Assembly (NCBI GenBank): GCA_002269645.1
Contig: NIVC01004633.1
Span: 1 to 40,173, forward strand
Length of the DNA: 40,173 bases
Direction of reading: 5' to 3'
From: Macrostomum lignano
Lineage: Eukaryota
In this document: positions 19,901 to 29,610 of the stretch, piece after piece
How the letters are laid out: every line of letters starts with the position of its first letter
Numbering within the stretch: position 1 is the first letter of the stretch
Program-made: the position numbers and the translations under genes
The notes under the pieces: generated by a model
The model's database searches: none
The model's input: the letters and a program-made list of their open reading frames with translations, nothing else
What the model was told of the DNA's origin: nothing

Positions 19901-22556
19901 CGAATGATGCGGGTTGCACGAGATGCTGAGATTAGCTTGGTGCCTTGGGGAATGGGGAATGAGCGGGTTGCACGAGATGCTGAGATTAGCTTGGTGCCTT
20001 GGGGAATGAGCGGGTTGCACGAGATGCTGAGATTAGCTTGGTGCCTTGGGGAATGAGCGGGTTGCACGAGATGCTGAGATTAGCTTGGTGCCTTGGGGAA
20101 TGAGCGGGTTGCACGAGATGCTGAGATTAGCTCCATCTAGTTATCATAGCAACCTTCCATTCAAGCAGACAAAATCGATCGCTTCTCCAGAAGGCCTGTT
20201 CCAGGACTCACCGCATGCTGGCGACCAGCTGCTGAACTCCTGCAGGTTCGGGGGTGGCGCCCACATCATGTTGATATTCAGGTCTTTGAACACATTTTTT
20301 GGATAGCGGAACTTCGGCAGGGCGCCATTTGCAGTTGAATTCGGAATCAGCGCCTCCATGGGAACCGCTTGGAGAGGTTCGGGCAATGAGCGGTACTGGT
20401 AGCGCAGGTTCGGCTCCGAACTGAACATCCTTGCCGGTGTGACCTTTGGCGAGAGAGGCGGCAGCCGCTCACGAACCGGGACGCGGTCGAAGTACTCCAG
20501 CGAGTCGTAGACAAAGTCCACGTGATGGTAAGTGGCCCCCAGAAGTTGCAGCACGCGGCTCTCGATGCTACCCTTCGGATAGGTGGTCCCGACATTCTTG
20601 AACACAGCGTACGTTCCCGCCATCTCTGGCTGAGCGGGTGTTGGATTAGTCAGAAATTATGATTGGCACTGCTGGGGGTCATGGGGCTCTGAGATTTCGT
20701 CAATGCACAAAATGTTGCCACCGGCCGAGGTAAAGCTCCCGTGCACCCGATGATGTAACAGCGCGCAAGACAGCCTAAATGCTAAAATGCTTGCATTATT
20801 TACCTTAAACTGTATGAAGCGAAGCTGTCCGGTCCTTGTGATGCACAGCTGGCTCTTCTGCGGTAGAGTGACCACATCTATCCACTTAATCTTGTCGGAG
20901 ATCTCAGGCTGCAAGTGCATCCAGTCGGGATTCGAGCCGACCACGGGATATTTGAACAACGCCTGGTGTTTGTTTTCACTGCGCAGCGCCACTTTCCAGT
21001 GCATGGATTTGATCAGCTGTGACAGCTGAGGGTTGCCAGTGTAGGTTGGCGTTGCATTTTATTTTTTGATCTTAATCAAAACCGAGACTTTCATGACTAC
21101 AAATTCAATTTTGAACACGCTTTGGGACGATAGATTAGGCGACAGACGAGCTGGGTGACAGTGGTCGGTTACAGTGGTTGGTTACAGTGGTGGGTTACAG
21201 TGGTGTGTGTGGGGTTACAGTGGTGGGTTACAGTGGTGGGTTACAGAGATGGGTGTGAGGTTATAGTGGTGGGTAACAGTGGTGTAAGTGCGGTTACAGT
21301 GGTCGGTTACAGTGGTGAGTGTGCGGTTACAGTGGTGGGTTACAGAGATGGGTGTGCGGTTACAGTGGTGGGTTACAGAGATGGGTGTGCGGTTATAGTG
21401 GTAGGTTACAGTGATGGGTGTGCGGTTACAGTGGTCGGTTATAGTGGTGGGTGTGCTGTTACAGTGGTGTGTTACAGTGGTGAGTGTGCGGTTACAGTGG
21501 TGGGTTACAGAGATGGGTGTGCGGTTATAGTGGTAGGTTACAGTGGTGGGTTATAGTGGTGGGTTACAGAGATGGGTGTGCGATTATAGTGGTGGGTTAC
21601 AGAGATGGGTGTGTGGTTATAGTGGTGGGTTACAGTGGTCTGTGTGTGCGGTTACAGTGGTGGGTTACAGTGATTGGTGTGCTGTTACAGTGGTTTGTTA
21701 CAGTGGTAAGTGTGCGGTTACAGTGGTCGGTTACAGTGATGGGTGTGCGGTTACAGTGGTCGGTTACAGTGGTGGGTTACAGTGGTGTGTGCGGTTACAG
21801 TAGTCGGTTACAGTGGTGGGTGTGCTGTTACAGTGGTGTGTTACAGTGGTGAGTGTGCGGTTACAGTGGTCGGTTACAGTGATGGGTGTGCGGTTACAGT
21901 GGTCGGTTACAGTGGTGGGTGTGCTGTTACAGTGGTGTGTTACAGTGGTGAGTGTGCGGTTACAGTGGTCGGTTACAGTGATGGGTGTGCGGTTACAGTG
22001 GTCGGTTACAGTGGTGGGTGTGCTGTTACAGTGGTGGTTACAATGATGGGTGTGCGGTTACAGTGGTGGTTACAATGATGGGTGTGCGGTTACAGTGGTC
22101 GGTTACAGTGGTGTGTGTGCTGTTACAGTGGTGTGTTACAGTGGTGAGTGTGCGGTTACAGTGGTGGGTTACAGTGGTGGGTTACAGTGATGGGTGTGCG
22201 GTTACAGTGATGGGTTACAGTGATAGGCGCTGACCAGCTACCTGCTTTTCGTTCTCGCTGCAGACCTCGGACTGCAGGATGGCACTCTGGTTGGCCTCGA
22301 GTACGTAGAAGTGGTTGCATTCCCGGGCCGTCTGCTCCAGCTGGTCCAAGCAAGCCTTGGCCACGTCCTTGCCGATAGCGTTCTTCACCGGCTGCTTCAT
22401 GGAGGCATTTAAAGTAGTCGGCAGGTCCTGGCCGCTGCTCAATGTGTCATTGCCAGACTGGCAGAAAGTCAAGCCGAGTGACTGGGCCCAGCCACTGGCC
22501 GCCAGCAGGAGCAGAAGAGAGCAGCAACAGCAGACAATATGCGGGCTGGCAGTCAT
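16990..22556 (-). CDS. Type I membrane protein with two Ig domains and an acidic/basic cytoplasmic tail (FAM187-like layout), ~744 aa; exons 22556-22242, 21025-20804, 20629-20212, 19697-19498, 19168-18813, 17939-17707, 17480-16990
   Basis: Signal peptide MTASPHIVCCCCSLLLLLAASGWA. Ig-like 1: AILQSEVC..MHWKV..LRFIQFKPEMAGTYAVF. Middle: FSSWSPACGTKITRMRFMRC..LRIPC. Ig2: SGKTLYMKC..ILWTLNG..LTVKNIQLNDAGEYVCY..RHFVEV. TM: YFGMTMCIVWNAFMVLLWSLVSIV. All six introns are GT-AG with matching phases (0,0,1,0,2,1), total 2235 nt. Alternatives: acceptor 21016, donor 19486, start 22562. Confidence 0.8.
19691..20132. repeat. 47-bp minisatellite (GCACGAGATGCTGAGATTAGCTTGGTGCCTTGGGGAATGAGCGGGTT) in intron 3 of the Ig gene, overlapping the exon 4 acceptor
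   Basis: ~9 tandem units. The terminal unit contains the predicted 3' splice site. Confidence 0.92.
21155..22225. repeat. GT-rich minisatellite built from GGTTACAGTGGT subunits, with a 99-bp higher-order period, in intron 1 of the Ig gene
   Basis: The core GTTACAGTG recurs throughout. CAGTGGTGGGTGTGCTGTT recurs at 21811, 21910 and 22009. The VTVVGYS ORFs are artefacts. Confidence 0.93.
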
Positions 22557-23669
22557 TTCCATGAAGCTGTCCTCCAAGAGTCGAATGCATTCGTGCTTGT
22601 CAATAATGGTATTAGCTAATAATAAGCATGCACTCGGGGCAAAGGAGCCGTTTTTGTCTATGGCATTCATTCATAGCAAACCAGTAGCTTTATCTCAATG
22701 ATTTTAACAAGTTTTGACCATCGTAAATTTATATTATACACTATTAGCTTCCATTTCCTACTCTAATGAGTCTCAGGGTCTCCTTCGTGAGCCTTCACAC
22801 AACCTTCCACAGCTTCCCAGGCTCTTAAGATAATTCATTTTAATTTAGATGAATGTGAATGAAATACGAGCGTGTGTAGTACGGGATTTAATGATTCAGT
22901 TATTAACCTCATGAACAACTGATGATAGCTCGTAATAGTGAGTCATTCAACTGATAGGCTGATCAGATAAGCTGCTGGTAGTCGAATTCCAGTAAATATT
23001 TCTCATTCTCATTCTATTCTCTTCTGAATTCCATCGATAGGGTATTTTCTATCCAAGTGAAGTACTTTCTGCCTTAAGGGGGTATTATCTACCCAAGTGG
23101 GGTATTTCCTACCTAAGTGGAGTATTTTTATACGCCTATGGTTAGGCGGGCTTTCTCAGCATATTCTTCACCGCCCAGAGCATAGCAGTACAAAGACACA
23201 GCAACCAGGTAAAGTAACAGGTGACCAGGTGACCAGGTGAAGTATTCGAAGATGACGATCGGAGCACTTGCTTCATCGCGTGACTAAAAATAAAATAAGG
23301 AAACTCATACAAGTCTCTTGAAATTTTGAAACAAACTTGACAACAGATTCGACTCAACAAACTCTTCCAAATAATATTTATTGATATCCGTCTGCTGCAA
23401 TCAGGCTTAAATAATCGCTTGTAGGCGTTTATCGTGTGAAGGTTAGGGGCTATCAACAGCATCCATGGAATCGTACTGCATGCATATCCTAACCGCAGTA
23501 GCATTTGACTTCAAGATACGCTCAAATTTTACAGAGGCTGTCGAAAGCTGACGAACCTGTCAAAAACGAGATGTGAATAACAAACAATGTGTACTTCGTA
23601 ATAAACAATTGGTCGGTAAACAGCGGGCCACTCATTTTTCCAGCCCCAACAACAGGATTCGCCACTGCT

Positions 23670-26600
23670 TCACTGCCTCACTTGAACCCGAATTCGCTTG
23701 CACAGCAGCAGCAGCACTGCGGCCTGGACCACGCCTGCCAGAGCGATGACGTGGATGTACTGATCGAGCACGTCCTCCAAGTCGGACACGAACTCGTCCT
23801 CCGCCATGAACCGATTATTCAGGCCCAATCGCAGCAGCTGGAACTCGCGAAAGTACCACGCGTCGTCCAGGATGTTGTCCTCTTCGGCGCGCCAGCCCGC
23901 GCCCCGGCCAGCTCCTCGACACTGACGTCGCCCAGTGAGGCCAGCACGCAGTCCATGTGTCTGCCCTGCCGACGGCGGTTCAAAGTTCGTGGCTTCGGTG
24001 TACTAATTTTTTCATTGACGAAGAATGGTGCGCGGTGCAACATACATCTCATGCAGCGGACAATTCAGAGATGTTTCAGTGAACACTAAGGACCATTTTT
24101 GTGCTGTGAAAGAGCAAACTTTGCGGGAGATCCCATGATGACAGGGACTAACAACATGTAGGCAAGATCTAACAAGAACTTTTGGGACACCCGTTGCCAT
24201 GACACAACAAACTCACCAAGCAGGTCTTGAAGTCCTTCTTGGACCCAACGCAGCTGCTCTCCAAGGAGCAATTCCTCTGGCGGTGCTGCAGACCCACAGA
24301 GCAAGTGACTGAGCATTCAGTCCAGGGCCCCCAGTCCATCCAGTAAGGCTCCGGAGGTGGAATCTCGCACAGCGATCCGCTGTACGACCGGCTGCAGATG
24401 CACTCAAAGGAGCCCTGCAGGTTGTGGCACTCGCCGCCGTTGCGACAAGGCGCGGAGACGGCGCATTCGTTGATGTCGCGGCAGGACGGCTTGCCCTGCT
24501 GCCTTGTGAGGGTGAAGCCCGTAGAGCAGATGCACACAAAGCCGTATATGCTGTCCGTGGGGCTTCGGCGGCACTCGAAGTCGCCGCAGCTGGCCCGGTT
24601 GTCCGGTTCAAGGCACGGGTCGCGCGCCTCCTCGCAGCGGAGTCCCTGCCAAGCCGGGGGGCACTTGCAGTTGTACGAGCGGCCTGCGGGCCAAGAGAGT
24701 CGGTGCCGCTGCTGAGGCTGCAGATGAAAGCTAACAAAGCCTCAGTCTTACAGGGGGTGCAGGCAGGCATTTGCTAGGAAAAGCAATTTTATTCCGTCCC
24801 AGGCCTGACTACTTCGAATTATTTATTTGTAGGGAATAGAGCCGCTAGAGGCTCAGTACCCAGTGCACCCAATGCGCTTCGTCTGTACTCAGTGCGCCCC
24901 ATTGTTTCTTGGACCCAACGCTCACAAGCTGCATGACAAAGCGGTTCTCCATCCTGCAGGTATACGCTTTGCAAGTAATCTATGTCTTTGTGATATTTCG
25001 GGTTTATGACGGGGATTGCTATTTTGGTTTTCGGAGTTATGATACATGTATTTCGAGTTTATGATATTTCGGGTTTATGATGGAAAACGATTTTCGAACC
25101 ATGTTTTTCCGGGTTTGTGATGCCCCCCCCCCGTCCAGACAGCGTCCCCACAGGACAAGTTACTCGTAGAACACTTTGTAATCATCAAGGTAACCGGGAC
25201 TCTGCGCAGTACACAGATTTCATAACCTGTAGATTAGTGTAGGAAGATTAGGTCAGGTCTGCCCCCCGCCCTATTCATACCATGCGAGCTACACGCATAG
25301 TAAGAGTGTTTCTGCACGGATTTTAAGCGGGGTCTCAGTCAATACCATTCATGGTCACGTTTACACTCAAAGATCCTGCCACGAGTTCTAAATCTTTTCC
25401 AAACAAGACTTTTCTAAACGTTTCTGAGGCGCCAAGTGCTTGCGTCTAAATGGGCTCTGATGAGGGGCTCTAATAGGCTTTGATGGTCGTGATTGAGCTC
25501 TTCTAAAGATTCTTCTTACGACAGTAAAATTTCAATGGCACAGTTGCCCCACTTGTGAGGCGCTTACCAATGAGCTGCTCTATTTCCGGAGACACACCTT
25601 CGCATCGTCCATTGTTCAAGCACTCGCTGTCCTGCCTGCATTTGAAAGGCAGGAGTTCGCAGACCTCCGTTTCTATGTTGTACTTAAAGCCAGACGTGCA
25701 GGTGCAGTAGGCAACTCTGGCGAAAATCTTCTTCAAAGCTTTGAACTCATCCGCAATCTGTTTTTGGTACTTGTTCTCTTCGTGCCGATTGGGTGGCACG
25801 ATGGCGTAGCAAGAGGACAACATGTTATCTCCGGAGCAGGCATGCGGGTTCTTGCACGGGTCAGGGCAATATTTAGGGTAGCCATATATGCAGCGGCCGT
25901 AGTACGCCAGCACCGTGGCGTAGGCAGTCGGGGCAGGATTTTTATAGTACGGCTTATTAGAATGCGTTAAAGTAGAGTATAGAATTCTGCATTCAACCAT
26001 CAGATGGTTGAGAATTGCTGTTCTGGCAGCGCCCGTTGCTATGTAGTCATGGTAATTCATATCCACTAAGAGCTGTACGATGATGTCATTGTAGCCGGCA
26101 GGATAGCCAGTATCATAACTAAATAGGGGTGCATTTTTGGTTAGAATTTACCAATTATGAACTGTGTGTGCCAAACAGTTACTATGAAGCTTTAATAAAG
26201 TTTTTACAAAGTTTATTTGTATCTTTGTTTGCCCTGCTGTGTCACGCGTTTTAGTTGGCTATTAAACATCTTAGAGCAAATTTTGATTACTTGATAATAA
26301 GCGAGAGTTAGCTCGTATCTGCGAAAAGCCGGTCGCGGAGCCTAAATAAAACATTCAAGTCGTTCGTCTTCTTTACTGCATGACACAACAGGGTCCTCCT
26401 ATTATCGGGAGCGCCACTTCCGTGTTCCATGGACAATCACCTGTACGCACAGCTAGGGAGCTCTCGATTCTAGAAGCTGCAGGAATTTCCTGTCCCTGAG
26501 CTCCTCAGCTACCAATCTAAAATAATGGCTCTAAAAATGATGTTTACTCACCTGGAATATCTCCACCATGAATGGCAGTCGCCAGACCATGGGTGTTTGA

Positions 26601-28343
26601 AACACCATAAATATCTAGGAATTTTCTTTGCGTAATGTCTGTATCGGTAGAGTCTCTTGAGTGGGTTGAACTTAGAAATCATTATTGGAACCTCGTATTG
26701 GTAGTTTCTGCTGAAAGTACACCTCTGTAGCATATCGTATGAAGCGACGGCCTGTCCTTGTCCTTGCCTGTAGCCCCAGCACGTGTCAGTACGAAAGCAG
26801 TACCACCAGCGTTCCCCGTCGTATCCGCCTTGGTTGTTGACGAACAAGATGTACTCGTGTTGGTATCGGCGCTGACGTCGCAGCAAGGACTTGAAATGGG
26901 CCAACAGGGAGTGGCGAGGTCAGCAAAATTGTAGAAATATTTTTAATGTCTCCTAAGCTGTATGCCGTGTAATATTATGTCGTGTGCACCCACATGCATC
27001 TCGCCCCCTTGCTGTCCCTCTCGCGCGGACCCTGGCAACGGCAATATCTAAATGCGGTACATTGATTGAGACGTCCGGTCGGGTTCGAGCTCTTGCGCCA
27101 GTGCAGCAGTGCCCACGAAGTAAGTGCCTTGCTTTGCCTTGCCACTGTGTCCAGACGCCAACATGCCTTCCGTAACGCCAGCCAGTGCGTCCCGACACCT
27201 TGTTGAAGGCAGCCTGCATAACCCCGCCCTGACTCAGGGAGATTGCGAGCACTCGCGACAAGAACCCATAAGTTTGAGAATTGAGCACTGAGTACTGCAC
27301 CCTGTAGGACTGACTCTATTAGGGATTACAATCTTACGGCGGTTGCTAGGGAATACTGTTACTCGTATGATAAGTACAAAATTTGAAAATTTGGTTCACT
27401 AGCAAAACAATTCTAATAATTTAGCAGTGACAAAATCATATCGTTTATAGTAAATTTTAACTCAGTCCTCAAACACCTCCAGGCTGAAATCGCTTGAATA
27501 ATCAGCTAAGCCCTTGTTGGTGCCCATGGCCTTCTAAGTCGCAGACGCCCTGCTTTGACAGTCCAAAATGCTCGGTAGACTCACCTCGTTGAAGAAAAAC
27601 TTTGGCCTATCGCTGGTGCCCGGCAGGGGAAGCGGTCGCCCCTTCGTCCCGTTCCGAGCATTCAACTTCAAGTTGCCGCTGCCTCCACCTCCACCACTGC
27701 TGCCGCTGCCGCTGCCGCTCCTGCCACCTCCACCACTACCGCTGCCGCTGCCGCTCCTGCCACCTCCACCACTACTGCCGTTGCTGCCGTTGCTGCCGTC
27801 GCCACCACTACCGCCTCCGCTGCCGCTGCTGCCACCTCCACCACTACCGCCGCCGCTACCGCTGCCGCCGTCGCTACCACTACCGCCGCCGCTACCGCTG
27901 CCGCCGTCGCCACCACTACCGCCGCCGCTACCGCTGCCGCCGTCGCCACCACTACCACCGCCGCTGCCGCTGCCGCCGTCGCCACCACTACCGCCGCCGC
28001 TGCCGCTGCCGCCGTCGCCGCCGCTGCCACCGTCAGTTGGGGAAGCGACCGTTGCGGGGCGGTTCTCAGCTCCTCGAAGAGTTCGGTTCATCACCGACTC
28101 AACAGGAGCTTCGGGCTCAGCGGGGTGCCGCAGTCCGCCGAGACGGGCCAACTGCAGACCCGCAAATGTAAGCAGCAGGCTGAGCAGCCCCACAGCCATG
28201 CCACCGAGCAGCAGCCGCCCAGAGTCCGTGTACACCCCCGCCATCGCTGCCGCAGCCGCTGCAGTGCGAGAGTGCGGGCGACGCCGCCACCGCTGACGCT
28301 GACGATCTTGCAGATGCTGCAGCTGCCGCAGTTTCGGGTGCAT
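23670..28343 (-). CDS. EGF- and TSP1-domain membrane protein, ~770-800 aa; exons 28343(or 28244)-27585, 26889-26552, 26118-25568, 24683-24217, ~23960-23670
   Basis: N-terminal hydrophobic segment LLLGGMAVGLLSLLLTFAGLQLA, then a Gly/Ser repeat and a W/Y/C-rich region. Four EGF-like units, including the Ca-binding DINEC..CRNGGECHNLQGSFEC. TSP1: WMDWGPWTECSVTCSVGLQHRQRNC. TM: YIHVIALAGVVQAAVLLLLC then KRIR. Donors GTGAGT, GTGAGT, GTAAGC, GTGAGT; phases 0,2,1,0 are consistent. The last-exon acceptor is uncertain (23960 or 23921). Confidence 0.8.
27680..28030 (-). repeat. Coding 36-bp minisatellite encoding a (DGGSGSGGGSGG)n Gly/Ser linker
   Basis: The 36-nt unit keeps frame inside exon 1 of the EGF/TSP1 gene. 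The plus-strand poly-Pro and Cys/Arg ORFs are shadows. Confidence 0.85.
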
Positions 28344-28460
28344 ATTAGCTGCTCTGTTGGCTATTGTATTTGTCTTTGACTCTGAATGCGTTCTCTTCAG
28401 CTTATGACATTCAAGGGGTGCAAATGGCTGAGGAGAGGAGCGAAAGAATTGATGATCAGA

Positions 28461-28985
28461 GGGGTCTTTCTCGAAAGCAACTTACGATCGACCATAGACG
28501 TAAGTTGGGTAAGCTACACTTACGGGTTGCTCGAAGGGCTCGCAAGTTAGCTATGCGTAAGATTGATCGCAACTTTACGAGTTCGTAACTTTGCGCAAAA
28601 GACTGTTTCTCGAAACGTTCGTATGTCTAATGGTCTTTCGTAAGGTTGATCTTAACCCTACGACTGCTCGGTAGCAGTCGTAAGACGCACTTAAGCACTA
28701 ATCGCATAGTACGTGAAGCTTTAGTCAAGCCAAGTCAAGTTAAACTTTATCGAAGGTGGGTCTTTCTCGAAAGCAACTTACGATAGACTAAGTAAAGATA
28801 TTTGCAGATTTATGACCATAGACATGCAACTTTTCGTTTCAGATACGACTTACGAACAGCGTAAGCCACGCAAAGTCTAAGTGAGTTTTGAGAAAGCGTC
28901 TTACGAGCAAACTTACGCTACACGTAAATTTCTGTCTTACCATCTAACTTACCATAGAACTTACGTGAGTTTCGAGAAACACCCC
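28461..28985. mobile_element. Non-autonomous DNA transposon (MITE, possibly PIF/Harbinger-like), ~525 bp
   Basis: Left end GGGGTCTTTCTCGAAAGCAACTTACG. The reverse complement of the right end is GGGGTGTTTCTCGAAACTCACGTAAG (15 of the first 16 nt match). An internal copy of the left end sits at 28758, and there are many CTTACG/CGTAAG subterminal motifs. No transposase. The superfamily is an inference. Confidence 0.7.
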
Positions 28986-29610
28986 CAGGGCTCTGCAGAG
29001 AAGAAAAATAATTTGTGTGTGCGTAGGAAGACAGTCACGAAAGTAGGCGACTGCATCGCTGCAAACAAAAGTGGTAGCGCTCGGCAGCCAGCCAGCTGAG
29101 GATGTCTATGGCCAAAGACCAGTGTTGCTGTCTACAGTCACAGAATAAAGCGTTCATTAACGGTCTGTTTTTTCTATATTTAGAACAGATTCTATATGCC
29201 TCCTAGATGGGCCGCAGCGCGAGAACCCGGGGCTCAGACCATAGACTATTCTGCTCTCAAGCATTAGTAGCAGCAGCTAGTGTCTGTTTCCCTAACCCCC
29301 GGGGTTGACAAAGGAGGATAGCAAAGCTGTGGCAGAGCTGTTGTGGCTTGCATAGTTTCTTTTTGTCATTGTCTAGCAATTTGACTATCATTATTTGTAG
29401 TTTTTATGCGTTACAATTCATTGTTTGTTTGCCATTCGGCATTGAACCTAGACGAATGTTCAATTTACGGTATTCGAAAGAAGTAACAAGAACGAACATA
29501 GACGAAACCTATGTGATGAATGCCTCAAATGAACACCAACAAAAGTTAACTCAGTCAATGCAGTCATTAAAGCTATTCAAAAAAGAAATCAATGATGTTC
29601 GAATTGCCGT

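Noticed and set aside
21155-22233. VTVVGYS / LQWWV repeat ORFs
   Set aside because: They are translations of the minisatellite in intron 1 of the minus-strand Ig gene.
24177-24192. ACTTTTGGGACACC, identical to 14 bp of the mariner TIR at 30772-30785
   Set aside because: It is too short, in the same orientation and has no further similarity, so it cannot be the partner TIR.
24012-24200. ORF containing PKVLVRSCLHVVSPC, reminiscent of a FAM187 motif
   Set aside because: It lies in the last predicted intron of the EGF/TSP1 gene with no in-phase splice path; probably chance.
26953-27300. GC-rich ORF-bearing segment in intron 1 of the EGF/TSP1 gene, with a 15/16-bp match to 31951-31966
   Set aside because: No frame gives a recognisable product, it is not needed for the phase-0 splice, and the match does not extend.
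27568-28296. Plus-strand poly-Pro (formin/extensin-like) and Cys/Arg/His ORFs
   Set aside because: They are antisense shadows of the Gly/Ser exon, which has a hydrophobic leader and an in-phase donor on the minus strand.
28364-29099. Short basic ORFs 28364..28588 and 28881..29099
   Set aside because: They run through the MITE termini and have no coding hallmarks.
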